From the NCBI GenBank assembly GCA_951406725.2, contig OX597828.1, forward strand, positions 60,822,001 to 60,886,000: 64,000 nt of DNA, in the 5' to 3' direction. The notes under the pieces were generated by a model. The model did not search any database, was not told where the DNA came from, and was given only the letters and a program-made list of their open reading frames with translations. Positions 52,466 to 64,000 of the stretch are shown in pieces. This stretch comes from Octopus vulgaris (lineage: Eukaryota). The number at the start of each line of letters is the position of its first letter. Positions within the stretch are counted from its first letter, which is position 1. Made by a program: the position numbers and the translations under genes.

Positions 52466-52674
52466 CAGATACATACACTTTTGCTATTTGTCTCTACCGT
52501 TTCACTTTCCTTCAATTGTGCAACCATTCTTCTCCCAAACAGTAACAATTAGTGCTTTTTCCAGTCGCTCCTTACTTTTTCTCTGCCTCTTTTCCCTTTA
52601 ATTTATTATTTCCTTATTTTTTTCTCATTAGGTCTTTTCTGCTTTCCTGACTCACGCTTCGTAATTTTCTTCCT

Positions 52675-52733
<59 letters not shown>

Positions 52734-53024
52734 GTATCAAACAGCTTTTGATCTTTTTTATTTTTACTTTTATTTCACTCTGTTACACATGTTTTACTCA
52801 TTTTGAGTTTTACATTCGTACACATACACGCTTGCACACATAAATTTGCTTTATTCTGAAAAGGTTTTCACGTCTTCATTTGGTATTTTCCCTTCATAAA
52901 TTGCACAATTACCACCACATAGGACCAGCTAGCTGAACGAATTAGACCTACTTTACAGATAAATATTTTTTCTCAGCTAGACAATAATGACATTTTGTAG
53001 CTGAAGTCATATATCATTAATTTT

Positions 53025-53510
53025 CACTCCTCCTCCTCCTCTCCTCCTCCTCCCACCTCCTTCTCTTCTCCTCCTTCTCTTCTCCTTCTCCCCATCTCCT
53101 CCCCTCCTCCTCCCCATCTCCTCCTCCTCCTCCTCCCCTCCTCCTCCTCCATCTCCCCTCCTCCTCCTCCACTCATCCTCCTCACACATCCTCACACATT
53201 CTCACACATCCTCCTCCTCCTCCTCCTCCTCCTCCTCCTCCTCCTCCTCCTCACACATCCTCCTCCTCCTTCTCCCATCCTCCTCCTTCTCCCATCCTCC
53301 TCCTTCTCCCATCCTCCTCCTTCTCCCATCCTCCACCTCCCCTCCTCCCTCCCACCTCCCACCTCCCCTCCTCCCACATCTCCCTCCTCCCACATCTCCC
53401 TCCTCCTCCCACCTCTCCCATCCTCCCCCTCCTCCTCCCACCCCTCCCTCCTCCTCCCACATCTCCCTCCTCTTCCCACCTCTCCCTCCTCCCACATCTC
53501 CCTCCTCACG
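53025..53510. repeat. (CCT)n/CCCATCT-rich polypyrimidine low-complexity tract
   Basis: Direct reading. Confidence 0.9.
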
Positions 53511-54430
53511 CAACACACTCTTCTGCTTCCTGTTTGCCGACGATGTCAAACTGGTCGCTCCTCGCGGTGATATAGAGGATCTTCGTCGATGCCTCCACCA
53601 AATTTGGAAGTGGTCTAACGAATGTGTTTGAACGTGTCAAAGGGCTGTCATCTGCCTGTTAGCTCTCCTCCTGCAACTCAACTTGATCTCGAGCCGGGTC
53701 ATCTGCTGCTGGAGAGGACCGATCAGGTAAAGGACCTGGGTATCTTGGTGGATTCTTCCTTTTCGCCTTCGGCCCAGTGCGTCCATGCTGCCAACAAAGC
53801 ACGCGGAGTTCTGTTCTTGACTCGACGGTCATTCGGAATGCTCACAGCAGCCATATTCCTACCTCTCTATGTCACGCTGGTGAGACCCATATTGGAGTAC
53901 GGGATTCAAGCCTCTTTTCCTTATCTCCTCAAAGACATACAGCATCTCGAAAGAGTCCAGAAGCTGGCTACCCGCATGGTTCTTGGTCTCAAGAATTTGT
54001 CTTATGAAGAAAGGCTGAAGACGCTCGACCTTTATTCTCTAGAAAAACGACGACCCCGTGGAGATCTCATTCTTGCTCACAACATCATAAGCGGAAAGTA
54101 TAACCTCTCGAAAGAGCTGTTCTTCACTCCTGCTCCAGAGCGTCGGCTGCGGGATCATTCCGAAAAGCTCTACCTGCGACGATTTCATTTCAATCGAAGG
54201 AGAAGGGCTTTCTCCGTCCGGGTTGCGGATCCGTGGAATAAGCTGCCAGACGAGATGGTGAAGATGCCGACGACCGCTCGGTTCAAAGTCTCCCTTGACC
54301 TCAAGTGGCCTGAACTCTTTACATGAACACCACCCTGTACATAACTCCATGCCCCCCTACAAAAAGTTAACTAACTAAAAAGTTAAAAAAGTTAACTAAA
54401 GCCAAAAAGTTAACTAACTAACTAACTAAG
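53511..54430 (+). mobile_element. 5'-truncated CR1-like LINE (RT C-terminus) with (AACT)n tail
   Basis: LFADDVKL, KDLGILVD, LVRPILEYG, LERVQKLATR, LSYEERLKTLDLYSLEKRR.RGDLI, WNKLP. Confidence 0.88.
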
Positions 54431-54481
54431 CATTTCGCCCGGAGTGCTAACGATTCTGCACCCACAATAAAAAGAAAAGCC

Positions 54482-54892
54482 CTCTTTTACTCTTTTACTT
54501 GTTTCAGTCATTTGGCTGCAGCCATGCTGGAGCACCGCCTTTAGTCGAGCAAATCGACCACCAGGACTTATTCTTTGTAAGCCTAGTTCTTATTCTATCG
54601 GTCTCTTATGCCGAACCGCTAGGTTACGGGGACGTAAACACACCACCATCGGTTGTCAAGCGATGTTAGGGGGGGGAGACAAATACAGACACACAAACAT
54701 ATACACATACACTTATATACATATATACGACGGGCTTCTTACAGTTTCCGTCTATCAAATCCACTCACAAGGCTTTGGTCGGCCCGAGGCTATAGTAGAA
54801 GACACTTGCCCAAGGTAGCACGCAGTGGGACTGAACCCGGAACCATGTGGTTGTGAAGCAAGCTACTTACCACACAGCCACTCCTGCACCTA
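54482..54892 (-). mobile_element. Full OR-type SINE
   Basis: Head aggtgcaggagtggctgtgtggtaag, gggttcagtccc, tail ggcggtgctccagcatggctgcagccaaatgactgaaacaagtaaaagag. Confidence 0.88.
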
Positions 54893-55414
54893 TTAGAGTT
54901 AATCATAATTCTAAAGCAAGGGGGACAACTCTAAACTTTAAATTGAATGTGGTATACAGTGGATGTAAGTTTGAACTTTGGTAAGTACGATGACAATTTT
55001 GGAGATGTTTGAGTCATAGATTACTTCCTCAGTGGAGTATAGACTTAATCCTACTTAACCTGATACTATATAAGATGAGTTTGAATCGATCCAAATTTCT
55101 TAAATTAGTGTGCTTTAAATACTTGGGTCTATTGTTGCTCTTGCTATTACAGCTGTAGTTAATTCTGCTTCCATTTCGGCTACCTCTTCTACAATTTTTA
55201 CGATTCCTTTTTTTAAAAATATTTTTTAGCTGAAGTTATGGTTTATATTGTTGCTTCTGCAGTTCCATTATTGCTGGTACAATTGTAAATGTTCTTTTCA
55301 TGTTGAAAATATGTCAGTATACCTAGATTTTATTGCTGTCATTATTTTTACGGATGCATTAGCGTGTGATATATAAATAGGCACACACAAACACACATGG
55401 ACACACACATATAC

Positions 55415-55753
<339 letters not shown>

Positions 55754-56207
55754 GTAAGAGATAGAGAGAGTGTGTGTGTCTGTGTGAGTGTATATGTGTG
55801 TGTGTGTCTGTGTGTGTTTGTATGTCTGTTTGCGAGTGTGTGTGTATGTTGGTTATTATATAGTAATGTGCCTGTGACTGTGTGCGAATCAACTTCAGGG
55901 AATATACTCAACCTGGATTGGTTTATGCATCATGTGTTGACGAATTTGAGTGGAAGAATCAAAAGGAGAAGAATAAGGGGGGGGGGTGAGTGGGTTGCAG
56001 TGGGAAGTGGGGAAGCCGTGTGAAAAACAAGAGGAAAGCAAAAGAGAAGGAAAAAGAACAACAACAATTAAAAGAAGAGAGAGAGAGAAAGAGAGAGAAG
56101 AATGACATATAAATAAAAACAACAACAAAGCGAGGAAGGACAAAAAGTTTAGTTTTCAGTCATTAGACTGTACCAGCAGCTGTTATGGTCATTGGCAGTG
56201 AACAGCA

Positions 56208-56288
<81 letters not shown>

Positions 56289-56328
56289 TGTGTGTGAGAC
56301 AGAGAAAGAGAGAGTGAGTGAGTTCGTG

Positions 56329-56359
<31 letters not shown>

Positions 56360-57129
56360 ACATGTATATATACCTTCATCCACATATACTCACATACACA
56401 CTGAACCACATTATGTATGTGTGTTTAGGTTTGGAAGTTGTGAAACAGAAAAGCGTGGGAAGGCATAACATGTAACTTGAAAATTAGAACATTATTCAAG
56501 AAATGCCAAACAGCTGGGGGTGAGTTTGGATTAAAAGATATTGGAGTATATGAGATTTGCAAGAAAAGATGAACTCGAGTTCGGGTTCGAATTTAATGCA
56601 ACATTTCAATTTAGCCTACACCGAATTCCTTATGGTGATTCTTAACTAATTTGGTTCTAATTACTAATTTAGTTTTAAGTTAACCTGAGGGTATATTTTT
56701 AAAAGTGTTTGATAAGCATAAGTTTCAAAGATTTCTTGTTTGGATGCATTATGGGTTAGATGTGAGTAATAATATTTTATAATTAATAGTAATGAGTTAG
56801 ATAATTAATGTTAGGATTGAATTAAAATAGGTTAAAATGTCAAGTTTACTTTTACTTCTAAATACGCACTGGTATGCCGAATTATGCACATTTGTAATTA
56901 CACAGTCCATATAATACACCTGTAAAAGTGACATCGAATTCGAGGCACGAATCCAATCACAACTTCTAATCATGCATCGTTTGTTTATAAAATGAATTCA
57001 ACTATGGACTAATAATTACACCACTGACATTTCCAAAATCACTCATAACTGAAAGCTGAACGCATATTTTGAAATGATTTTTGCTCTTGTGTTTTGTTGG
57101 TGACAGATTTATATGTATTTAAAAATTTA

Positions 57130-59567
57130 AATACAATATAAAAAAATCTAATGGAATTAACAATACAAAGACAATACAAATGAAGCGATGATCAGGCCAC
57201 GCTCCGACCCCACAATCCCCGATCTACCGCTGGTACCTTTTTCTTCCTTTTTTTCCCCGTCTGTTCAAACGGTTCCTTGCACGCACAACACTCGTGCAAC
57301 ATGCTTCCATCTCTTTTGGAACGTACACTCTTCTCCAGCCACAGCTTCCTTTTAAAATGAAAAGAAAAAAAAATGATCGTAAATTGTGGCCATAGATAAA
57401 GTTGCCTGACTTAATTCCTTTTATCCTAGTCTTCCATACTGCCTCTTTTGCTATTGCTACAACTGTGAGAAAACAATTCTTACCTTCGTTCGTTAAAACT
57501 CCCGGTGGGTCAATTTTTATAATTGACTCAGTCGACAGCTGTACTCTTCCTTCGCCGGACAACAGGTGTTCAGCATAAGCCCACATTTCAGTTTTCTCCG
57601 TACACTAAACAATAGCGTGAGGGACGGTTTCCCCCACACACCTTGGACAGGTCGGCGACTGACGCTTACCGTGTCTTGCGAGCTTATCCCAAACGGGCAA
57701 GATACCTCTGCCGCATTGCCAGGTTAAGGAGTTTCGGAAGTTGTCCAACGTTCTCAACCCGAATGTACGGTGAAACAGGCTGTCCAGTTGAATAAATCCG
57801 AGACCTAGTGTCGCCCCCAAGCCATCGTCGCATTCAGACTCTACCAACCCACTATATAAAATCCATGTGGACACCCACCACTGGCGTTGCCCGAGCGCCT
57901 GAATAGCAGGAGGGCCTTACGGCACTCTTTACGCCACTCACTCGACCTCGGTCTACGAGAACCCCAGGCTTCCTGTCCGTAAAAAGTTTTGAACTCGGGG
58001 AACATTTGTCTGGCCAGCGGAGACCACACCCGTTCACTATCCAGGAGAATCCAAAGGTGCCTCGACCTCAACGCATGTCTGCGAATCGTTAAACAAGGCA
58101 TCCCTAAACCTCCCTTTAAAAGCTTTCGACAGCAGACAGAGCGTTTCACAATTGGCGACCTGCCCTTCTACATAAAGCGAAAGAGCTGTCTCTCCAACCT
58201 GATCAACCACGAATCCGGACAGGGTACGACGGTCACGCGGTAGGTAATGACCGATGCAATAAACACATTGGCCACCTCCGCCCTCCCCTTCAGGGATAGC
58301 CACCGCCAAGACCAGGTCTTGACTACTGCAGCCACCCTGCTCAATATCTCCGTCAAGTTCTTCTCTATCTGGAGGCCTGGTCCAAACCAAACTCCCAGCA
58401 ACTTAACCAGTCCCTCCGCCCAGCGCCCAACAACGCTTTCCGAAGGCATCGACTTGCCAATCCAGGTTAATCTTTGCTCCTGCCACCTCCTCGTAAGCCA
58501 CAATAGTCTTACCCACTTCACGTTGGCGTGCTACTGAGGTTACGCTGATAGTGATATCATCCGCGTAAGCCGTAACAAACTCCTCTAGACCTGGTTCTCT
58601 CGGGATGCCACTCAACCTTCACAGAAGGGACTCGAGAGCCATCACATACAAAAGTGGTGAGAGCGGACATCCTTGACGAACCGAGCGTTTGATGCAGAAC
58701 GGCTTCGAAAGGAAACCGTTCACCCGAACTATCGAGTCAATGTTGTGTTACAAAGCGATAAACCACCTGAGGAAGCCAAGGCCCAGGTCTAACCGCGCTA
58801 TCACAGTCGCCAGGTATCGATGGTCAACCCTATCAAAAGCTTTAGACTGGTCTAAATGTACCAATGCTCCACCTTTGCCAGATTTATTACCAACCCTCTC
58901 TATGGTATAGCGAATAAGATGGAGGATATCCTGAATGGTTCTGCCTGGGATGGCACATGTTTGTGCCTCCCCGACAATACCATTCGCGACGCGCCAACCT
59001 TTTTGTTAAGACCTTGGACAAAATCTTCACTTCTGCGTTTAACAGAGTGATGGGCCTGAAATTCTCTATAACGTCCCCCTTGTCCGGGTCCTTTCTGACC
59101 AACGTCACTACTCCCCGGCGCACAGATCTGAGGATAAACCAATTCTGTTGCCAGTTCGCATACACGTCAGCCAGTAGTTGCCCGAACAAGTCTGGCATAC
59201 ATTTATACATCTCGTACGGAAGACCATCAAATCCCGGCGACTTACCCGCTTTACAGTCTTCTTATTGGTGTTCGTAACTCTTGGTAATGTTGGAAACTTG
59301 CTTTCCGATAAATCAGAAACGTTGACAAAAATTAAGCTTTCTATTTTCTTTGCTTCTCTTTGAGTTGATGATTTGTCCCCCGACGAAGAACACGAACTTT
59401 TCGGAATCTTGCCGGCAATTAATGTTTTCCCCCACAGGGGAAAACCGCAGATAGCTTTCGAACGAAAACTATACTACAATTTTTCAACAATAAGTCCAAC
59501 AATAGGCACAACAAGAGATATAACAATTAACAGAAACTTACGAACACACTCCAACAATAAATTTTCA
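57130..59567 (-). mobile_element. Second Tx1-clade LINE family: ORF2 RT/C-terminus (57260-59255), probably joined to its 5' UTR (59256-59567) by a large deletion
   Basis: GKSPGFDGLPYE, NFRPITLLN, LDQSKAFDRVDH, SVRQGCPLSP, AYADD, LSLKGRAEV, GGLGMP, CPRC. The 59400-59567 minus strand weakly resembles the 5' UTR at 590-775. Confidence 0.82.
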
Positions 59568-59588
59568 GTAACAGACAGACGAAATACC

Positions 59589-59820
59589 TATTTCTTTATT
59601 ACCCACAAGGGGCTAAGCACAGAGGGGACAAACGAGGACAGACAAACGGATTAAGTCGATTACATCGACACCAGTGCGTAACTGGTACTTATTTAATCGA
59701 CCCCGAAAGGATGAAAGGCAAAGTCGACCTCGGCGGAATTTGAACTCAGAACGTAACGGCAGACGAAATACCGCTAAGCATTTCGCCCGGCGTGCTAACG
59801 ATTCTGCCAGCTCACCGCCC
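59589..59820 (-). mobile_element. OK-type SINE
   Basis: Same head, body and tail as 11196-11423. Confidence 0.88.
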
Positions 59821-59974
59821 TACCAGATTTACATATATTAATTAATATGAGAGCTATGTAGGACTCATAAGTGACAAGGCAAAAAGAGAACGAAAAAGAA
59901 AGCAATTTCATCACACTTTTAAGACGCTCTAACAACTCTCTGCCAATCTCTCACGCTAATGATAATAATAATTC

Positions 59975-60180
59975 CTTCTAATTTTGGTACAAAGCCTGCA
60001 ATTTTAGAAAGACAGGTTAGTCGTTTGCATTGACACCAGTACGTAACTGGTACGTTATTTTATCGACCGCGAAAGGATGAAGGTGAAGTTGAGTTCGGTG
60101 GTAATTCAACTCAGAAAGTAAAGAGCTGGAAGACATGCCATTATGCATTTTGTCCGACGTGCCAACTATTCTGCCAGAAT
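59975..60180 (-). mobile_element. Older OK-type SINE variant
   Basis: Diverged ctggcagaatagttggcacgtcggac..; gtcgataaaataacgtaccag. Confidence 0.6.
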
Positions 60181-60269
60181 AACATTTTCTATGTTGGCCA
60201 CAATAGCCAACACAATACAAAGACAAAAGACAGTGAGAATTTACATAGACACGTGCAAACAATAACATT

Positions 60270-61310
60270 AATTAATAACAAGAGTTAATTAACAAAAGAA
60301 TTAAAACAAGTGTTCCCAATAGGGAGAAATGTCACCTTGGATCAACCAAGGAACCCTACAGAACTCGAGTCACCTGCTGACCAAGAGTATTATGGCACGT
60401 GACTCTCTCTTCGTACTTTTCAGCCTACAGGTATATGCTTCAAGTAGGTTCATATGCTCGGACCATTCTCGCTACATTCACCCACCATTTTACAAGTTTA
60501 TTGCGGTGGAACAGCACCTCCTTCTCCATTCTCACTTTCCTTTCCAAGTGAAACTTGAAAAAGGAGAGTCTCTGTTTCCTGTCGTTTCAGCCGCAACTAC
60601 CATCAACATCTTCCGCCATACCCACCGAAGGGATGAAATGTGCCTGCATTTCCATGTCAAAGGAAGGCATTGGGAAAATCTTCACAATGGATTCAGTTGG
60701 TAACTGGATCCTTCCTACATGTAATAGCATATATTCAATATCAATCCTCACGTCAGCAATGCTCGAGCATTATATGCGCGCGCTTTTTCTTCAGAATGCT
60801 ATGGCAGGAGTTCTTAATGGTGGTTTAATCAACTGATCGAAAGTAGTGAGCACCTGATGGCACTCTACGAGCCAAGCATCCTGCTTCGCTCTCCGCTTGA
60901 TCCCGGAGTTGTACCTCTGTCAAAGAAACGAATTGTGGAAAAGCGTGTCTAGCAAACGGCGATTACTCTTACTCACCAACAAAGAAAGGATGGAGGTGTC
61001 GCAGCCTCAGCGCGCATCTGTGCTTCATTAGTTACTGGATACCCACTCCTCCGCACAGTGGAAGTTGACGACAAATCAACCGTCTGACCAGTGGAACACT
61101 TCCCTTCAACAGAAAGCGGAAATGCAAGTATTCCCACGGAGCGTGGTAAGGCACGATGGTTAAGCGTTAATAGATCACAGAAGCGATGTAGACATTACTC
61201 ACCTCTACTCGACCATTCCCCACCACTGCTCATCCGTCCAGCACCCCATGACGCAATTCGGTGGATTGGACCAGCCCCTCTATGTGCTCAGTTACATGTC
61301 CAGTGACTTG
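60270..61310 (-). mobile_element. Highly degenerate Tx1-like ORF2 C-terminal fragment
   Basis: Minus strand reads GVGIQ*LMKHRCALRLRHL, EYMLLHVGRIQLPTESIVKI and FHLERKVRMEKE, each paralleling Tx1 blocks elsewhere in the window. Confidence 0.65.
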
Positions 61311-61539
61311 CCCTGGTTAATTTTACTCCTGTAACTGCCTTTTATTCCCTTTGTGTAGTGTCTAAGTTGGGGTTGGACGTGTATTTTCGTGTGTTCCTAT
61401 GTATGTGTTTGTGTTTGAAAGAAGAACAGAGAGATTTTACCAGTTGGTGAATTTCGATTGTTGTGGGTGTCGTTGCGGGGAGCTAAAAGATTTTTGGATA
61501 TAAGTCTGAAATTTAAGCTGTATGTCTTGAAGGTTTCTT

Positions 61540-61885
61540 AGTGTGTATTGGCTTATAACGTCTGGTCCATGGACAACGGGTCGCCATGCAGATAGATTTA
61601 TAAAAACAACGTTTTTCCTACTTTTCGAATTGCCTCTCTGCACCTTATATAAGCAAAAGTAGCAGTCATCTCTGTGATTTTTTAGGCTGTCTCACCACAT
61701 CTTCAAAAGAATTGAGCAGGCCTTATGAGAATCCTACTTCTTATCTTGGTCTCCTAATTTTTTCCGCAAAGAAGGCATAAGATTTTTTGACAAATTTCGT
61801 TATGTTTCTCTGACACTTCTTAGTCATAAACTCACCACAAATATAACAAAAGGTATTCAGGCTTGCTTCACATCTAGAAGCCATC
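61540..61885 (-). mobile_element. Chapaev3-like (CMC superfamily) transposase N-terminal remnant
   Basis: MASRCEASLNTFCYICGEF, LGDQDK, RQPKNHRDDCYFC, RPVVHG. The family assignment is from memory of these motifs. Confidence 0.6.
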
Positions 61886-61899
61886 TGACCACATTGTTC

Positions 61900-62602
61900 G
61901 GGTAAGTGTCTTCTACTGTAGCCTCGGGCCGACCAAGGCCTTGAGAGTGGAATTGGTAGACGGAGGAAGTCCGTCATATATACATGAATAGACATATACT
62001 TTATTCTTTTATTCCTTCACTGGTCTCAGTAATTTGACTGCAGTCATACTAGAGCACCGCTTTTAGTCAGACAAATCGGATCCAAGACTTATTCTTTGTA
62101 AGCTTAGCACTTATTCTATCGGTCTCTTTTTGCTGAACCGCTAAGTTACGGGGACGTAAAAACACCAACATCGGTTGTCAAGTGATGGTGGGGGACAACC
62201 ACACATACACGCACACACAGATACACGACGGGTTTCTTCCGTATACCAAATCCACTCATAAGGCTTTGGTCGGCCCGAGGCTATAGTAGAAGACACATGC
62301 CCAAGGTGCTACGCAGTGAGACTGAACCCGGAACCATGTGGTTGTGAAGCAAGCTTCTTACCACACAGCCACACCAGCGCCTATATATATATATGTGTGT
62401 GTGTTTATCTCCCTACCACCACTTGACAATCACTACTGGTATGTTTGCACCCCCATAACTTAGCAGTTTGGCAAAAGAAACCGATAGAATAAGTACCACG
62501 CCTTAAGAAAAAATTAAGTGCTGTAGTCGCTTCAGTCTCTTCAAGGTGGTGCTCCATCATGACTGCAGTCCAATGACTAAAACAAGTAAAAGATAAAAGA
62601 TA
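61900..62602. mobile_element. OR-type SINE (minus, 61998-62383) nested within a plus-strand OR SINE (61900-61980 and 62395-62602)
   Basis: The halves of the plus copy flank a complete minus copy at the central microsatellite. Confidence 0.75.
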
Positions 62603-62658
62603 AACGATGTTAATGAAGCATTGAAATGTAACTGATGATACATTAAAACAATGTATAT

Positions 62659-62775
<117 letters not shown>

Positions 62776-63099
62776 TTTGAAAAAAAGGCGTGGGGAAATA
62801 ACTGAAATAAAAAACAGAAACGTTTTAACGAAACATGACCTCGTAAAGCACGTTTTTCTCTCCTCTGCTTGCGGGTGACTGATACTACAGTAATGCAGGC
62901 ACCTATGGAGCTGAAACTGTCTAAATGTTGCCAGATGCTTATTTTTCAAAGCAATACCTAATAGCTGTACGGTATTAGTCTAGTTAATTATGGCAATTAA
63001 CAGTAATAATAAAAGACAATGGTCAAATTCAGGCATAATAGTAAAATGCAATGATCGGTTTTGAGAAAGAAGCTATTATATGATAATTTCTATGTAATT

Positions 63100-63410
63100 T
63101 TTGAAATCAGTAGGTAAAGATCGAGTCACAGTCCTATATTATTGTTGGGGCTTTGCGGACTATATCAAAAGATATAAGGAGGAATATAACGAAAATGGGA
63201 AGTGGGTGTCCGGTAGAGTTGTTACAAAAAGTTTGCCTCTTTGGTACGACTAGAATCATCAGGAAAGTACAAGATAGTCGAAGAGAATAAATAGCATAGT
63301 ACTGTAGGCTGCAGATAGCGAGTCCTCAACACATGCAAGATTCTAGGGCTTTCAATAAAACCTCAGTTAAAAGAAGAACACTACTACTACTACTACTACT
63401 AATAATAATA
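63100..63410 (+). mobile_element. Degenerate R4/Dong 3' end with (CTA/TAA)n tail
   Basis: PIIVGAL, LLQKVCLFGTTRIIRKV. Confidence 0.6.
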
Positions 63411-63487
63411 ATGATTGATTGATTGATTCTAGTTTCAGCTTATGAGCTGTGGCCATGCTGGGGCACCGCCATTATTATAATAATAAT

Positions 63488-63852
63488 AAGTCTTTCTGCT
63501 ATAGGCACAAGGTTTGAAATTGTTGGGGAGGGGACTAGTCGATTACCCCGAAAAGGTGAAAGGCAAAATCGACCTCGGCGAAATTTGAACTAAGGATGTG
63601 AAGACGGGTGAAATACCTATTTCTTTACTACCCACAAGGGGCTAAACACAGAGGGGACATACAAGGACAGACAAAATTGGATTAAGTCGATTATATCGAC
63701 CCCAGTGCGTAACTGGTACTTATTTAATCGACCCCGACAGGATGAATGGCAAAGTCGACCTCGGCGGAATTTGAACTCAGAACGTAGCGACAGACGAAAT
63801 ACTGCTAAGCATTTCGCCCGGCGTGCTAACGTTTCTGCCAGCTCGCCGCCTT
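63488..63852 (-). mobile_element. Composite OK-type SINE: complete unit 63618-63852 joined to a headless older unit 63488-63617
   Basis: Minus-strand junction ...gtaaagaaata|ggtatttcacccgtc; flanked by (TAA)n. Confidence 0.82.
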
Positions 63853-63886
63853 AATAATAATAATGATAATAATAATAATAATAATA

Positions 63887-63949
<63 letters not shown>

Positions 63950-64000
63950 GTGATGAAGATGATGATGACGATTTCTTTTATTGGCCCCAAGAGCCCAAAA

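Noticed and set aside
53007-53549. Gly/Arg/Glu-rich ORFs
   Set aside because: They derive from a (CCT)n low-complexity tract and are open in all three minus frames.
56480-57110. AT-rich segment resembling DNA-transposon subterminal sequence (also 20050-20860)
   Set aside because: I could not identify TIR pairs, a TSD or coding motifs.

Overview
This is eukaryotic, AT-rich, microsatellite-dense intergenic or intronic DNA, almost certainly from an octopod cephalopod (it carries recognisable Octopus OK- and OR-type tRNA-derived SINEs). I find no host protein-coding exon, rRNA, true tRNA or CRISPR. Nearly every complex stretch is a transposable element or remnant: Tx1-clade L1 LINEs (one near full-length, three partial), RTE, CR1, R4/Dong, Penelope-like elements (PLEs, Naiad-type), Tc1 (DD34E, IR/DR), mariner (DD34D), DD41D and probable DD37D elements, hAT, Merlin, a Chapaev3-like remnant, a Helentron-like element, MITEs and SINEs. 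Three patterns stand out. (1) About 13 type-I hammerhead-ribozyme motifs, several with recurrent non-canonical cores. (2) Large fold-back palindromes (1.37 kb and 4.4 kb) with a hammerhead near each end. (3) An apparent Tx1/SINE system: the OK-SINE 3' tail resembles the Tx1 3' UTR, three loci share the same tail/target junction inside the SINE's own tRNA-like head, and a second Tx1 family sits in tandem at a short motif just upstream of a hammerhead. All of this is read by eye; coordinates of degenerate elements are approximate and no ribozyme activity is demonstrated.
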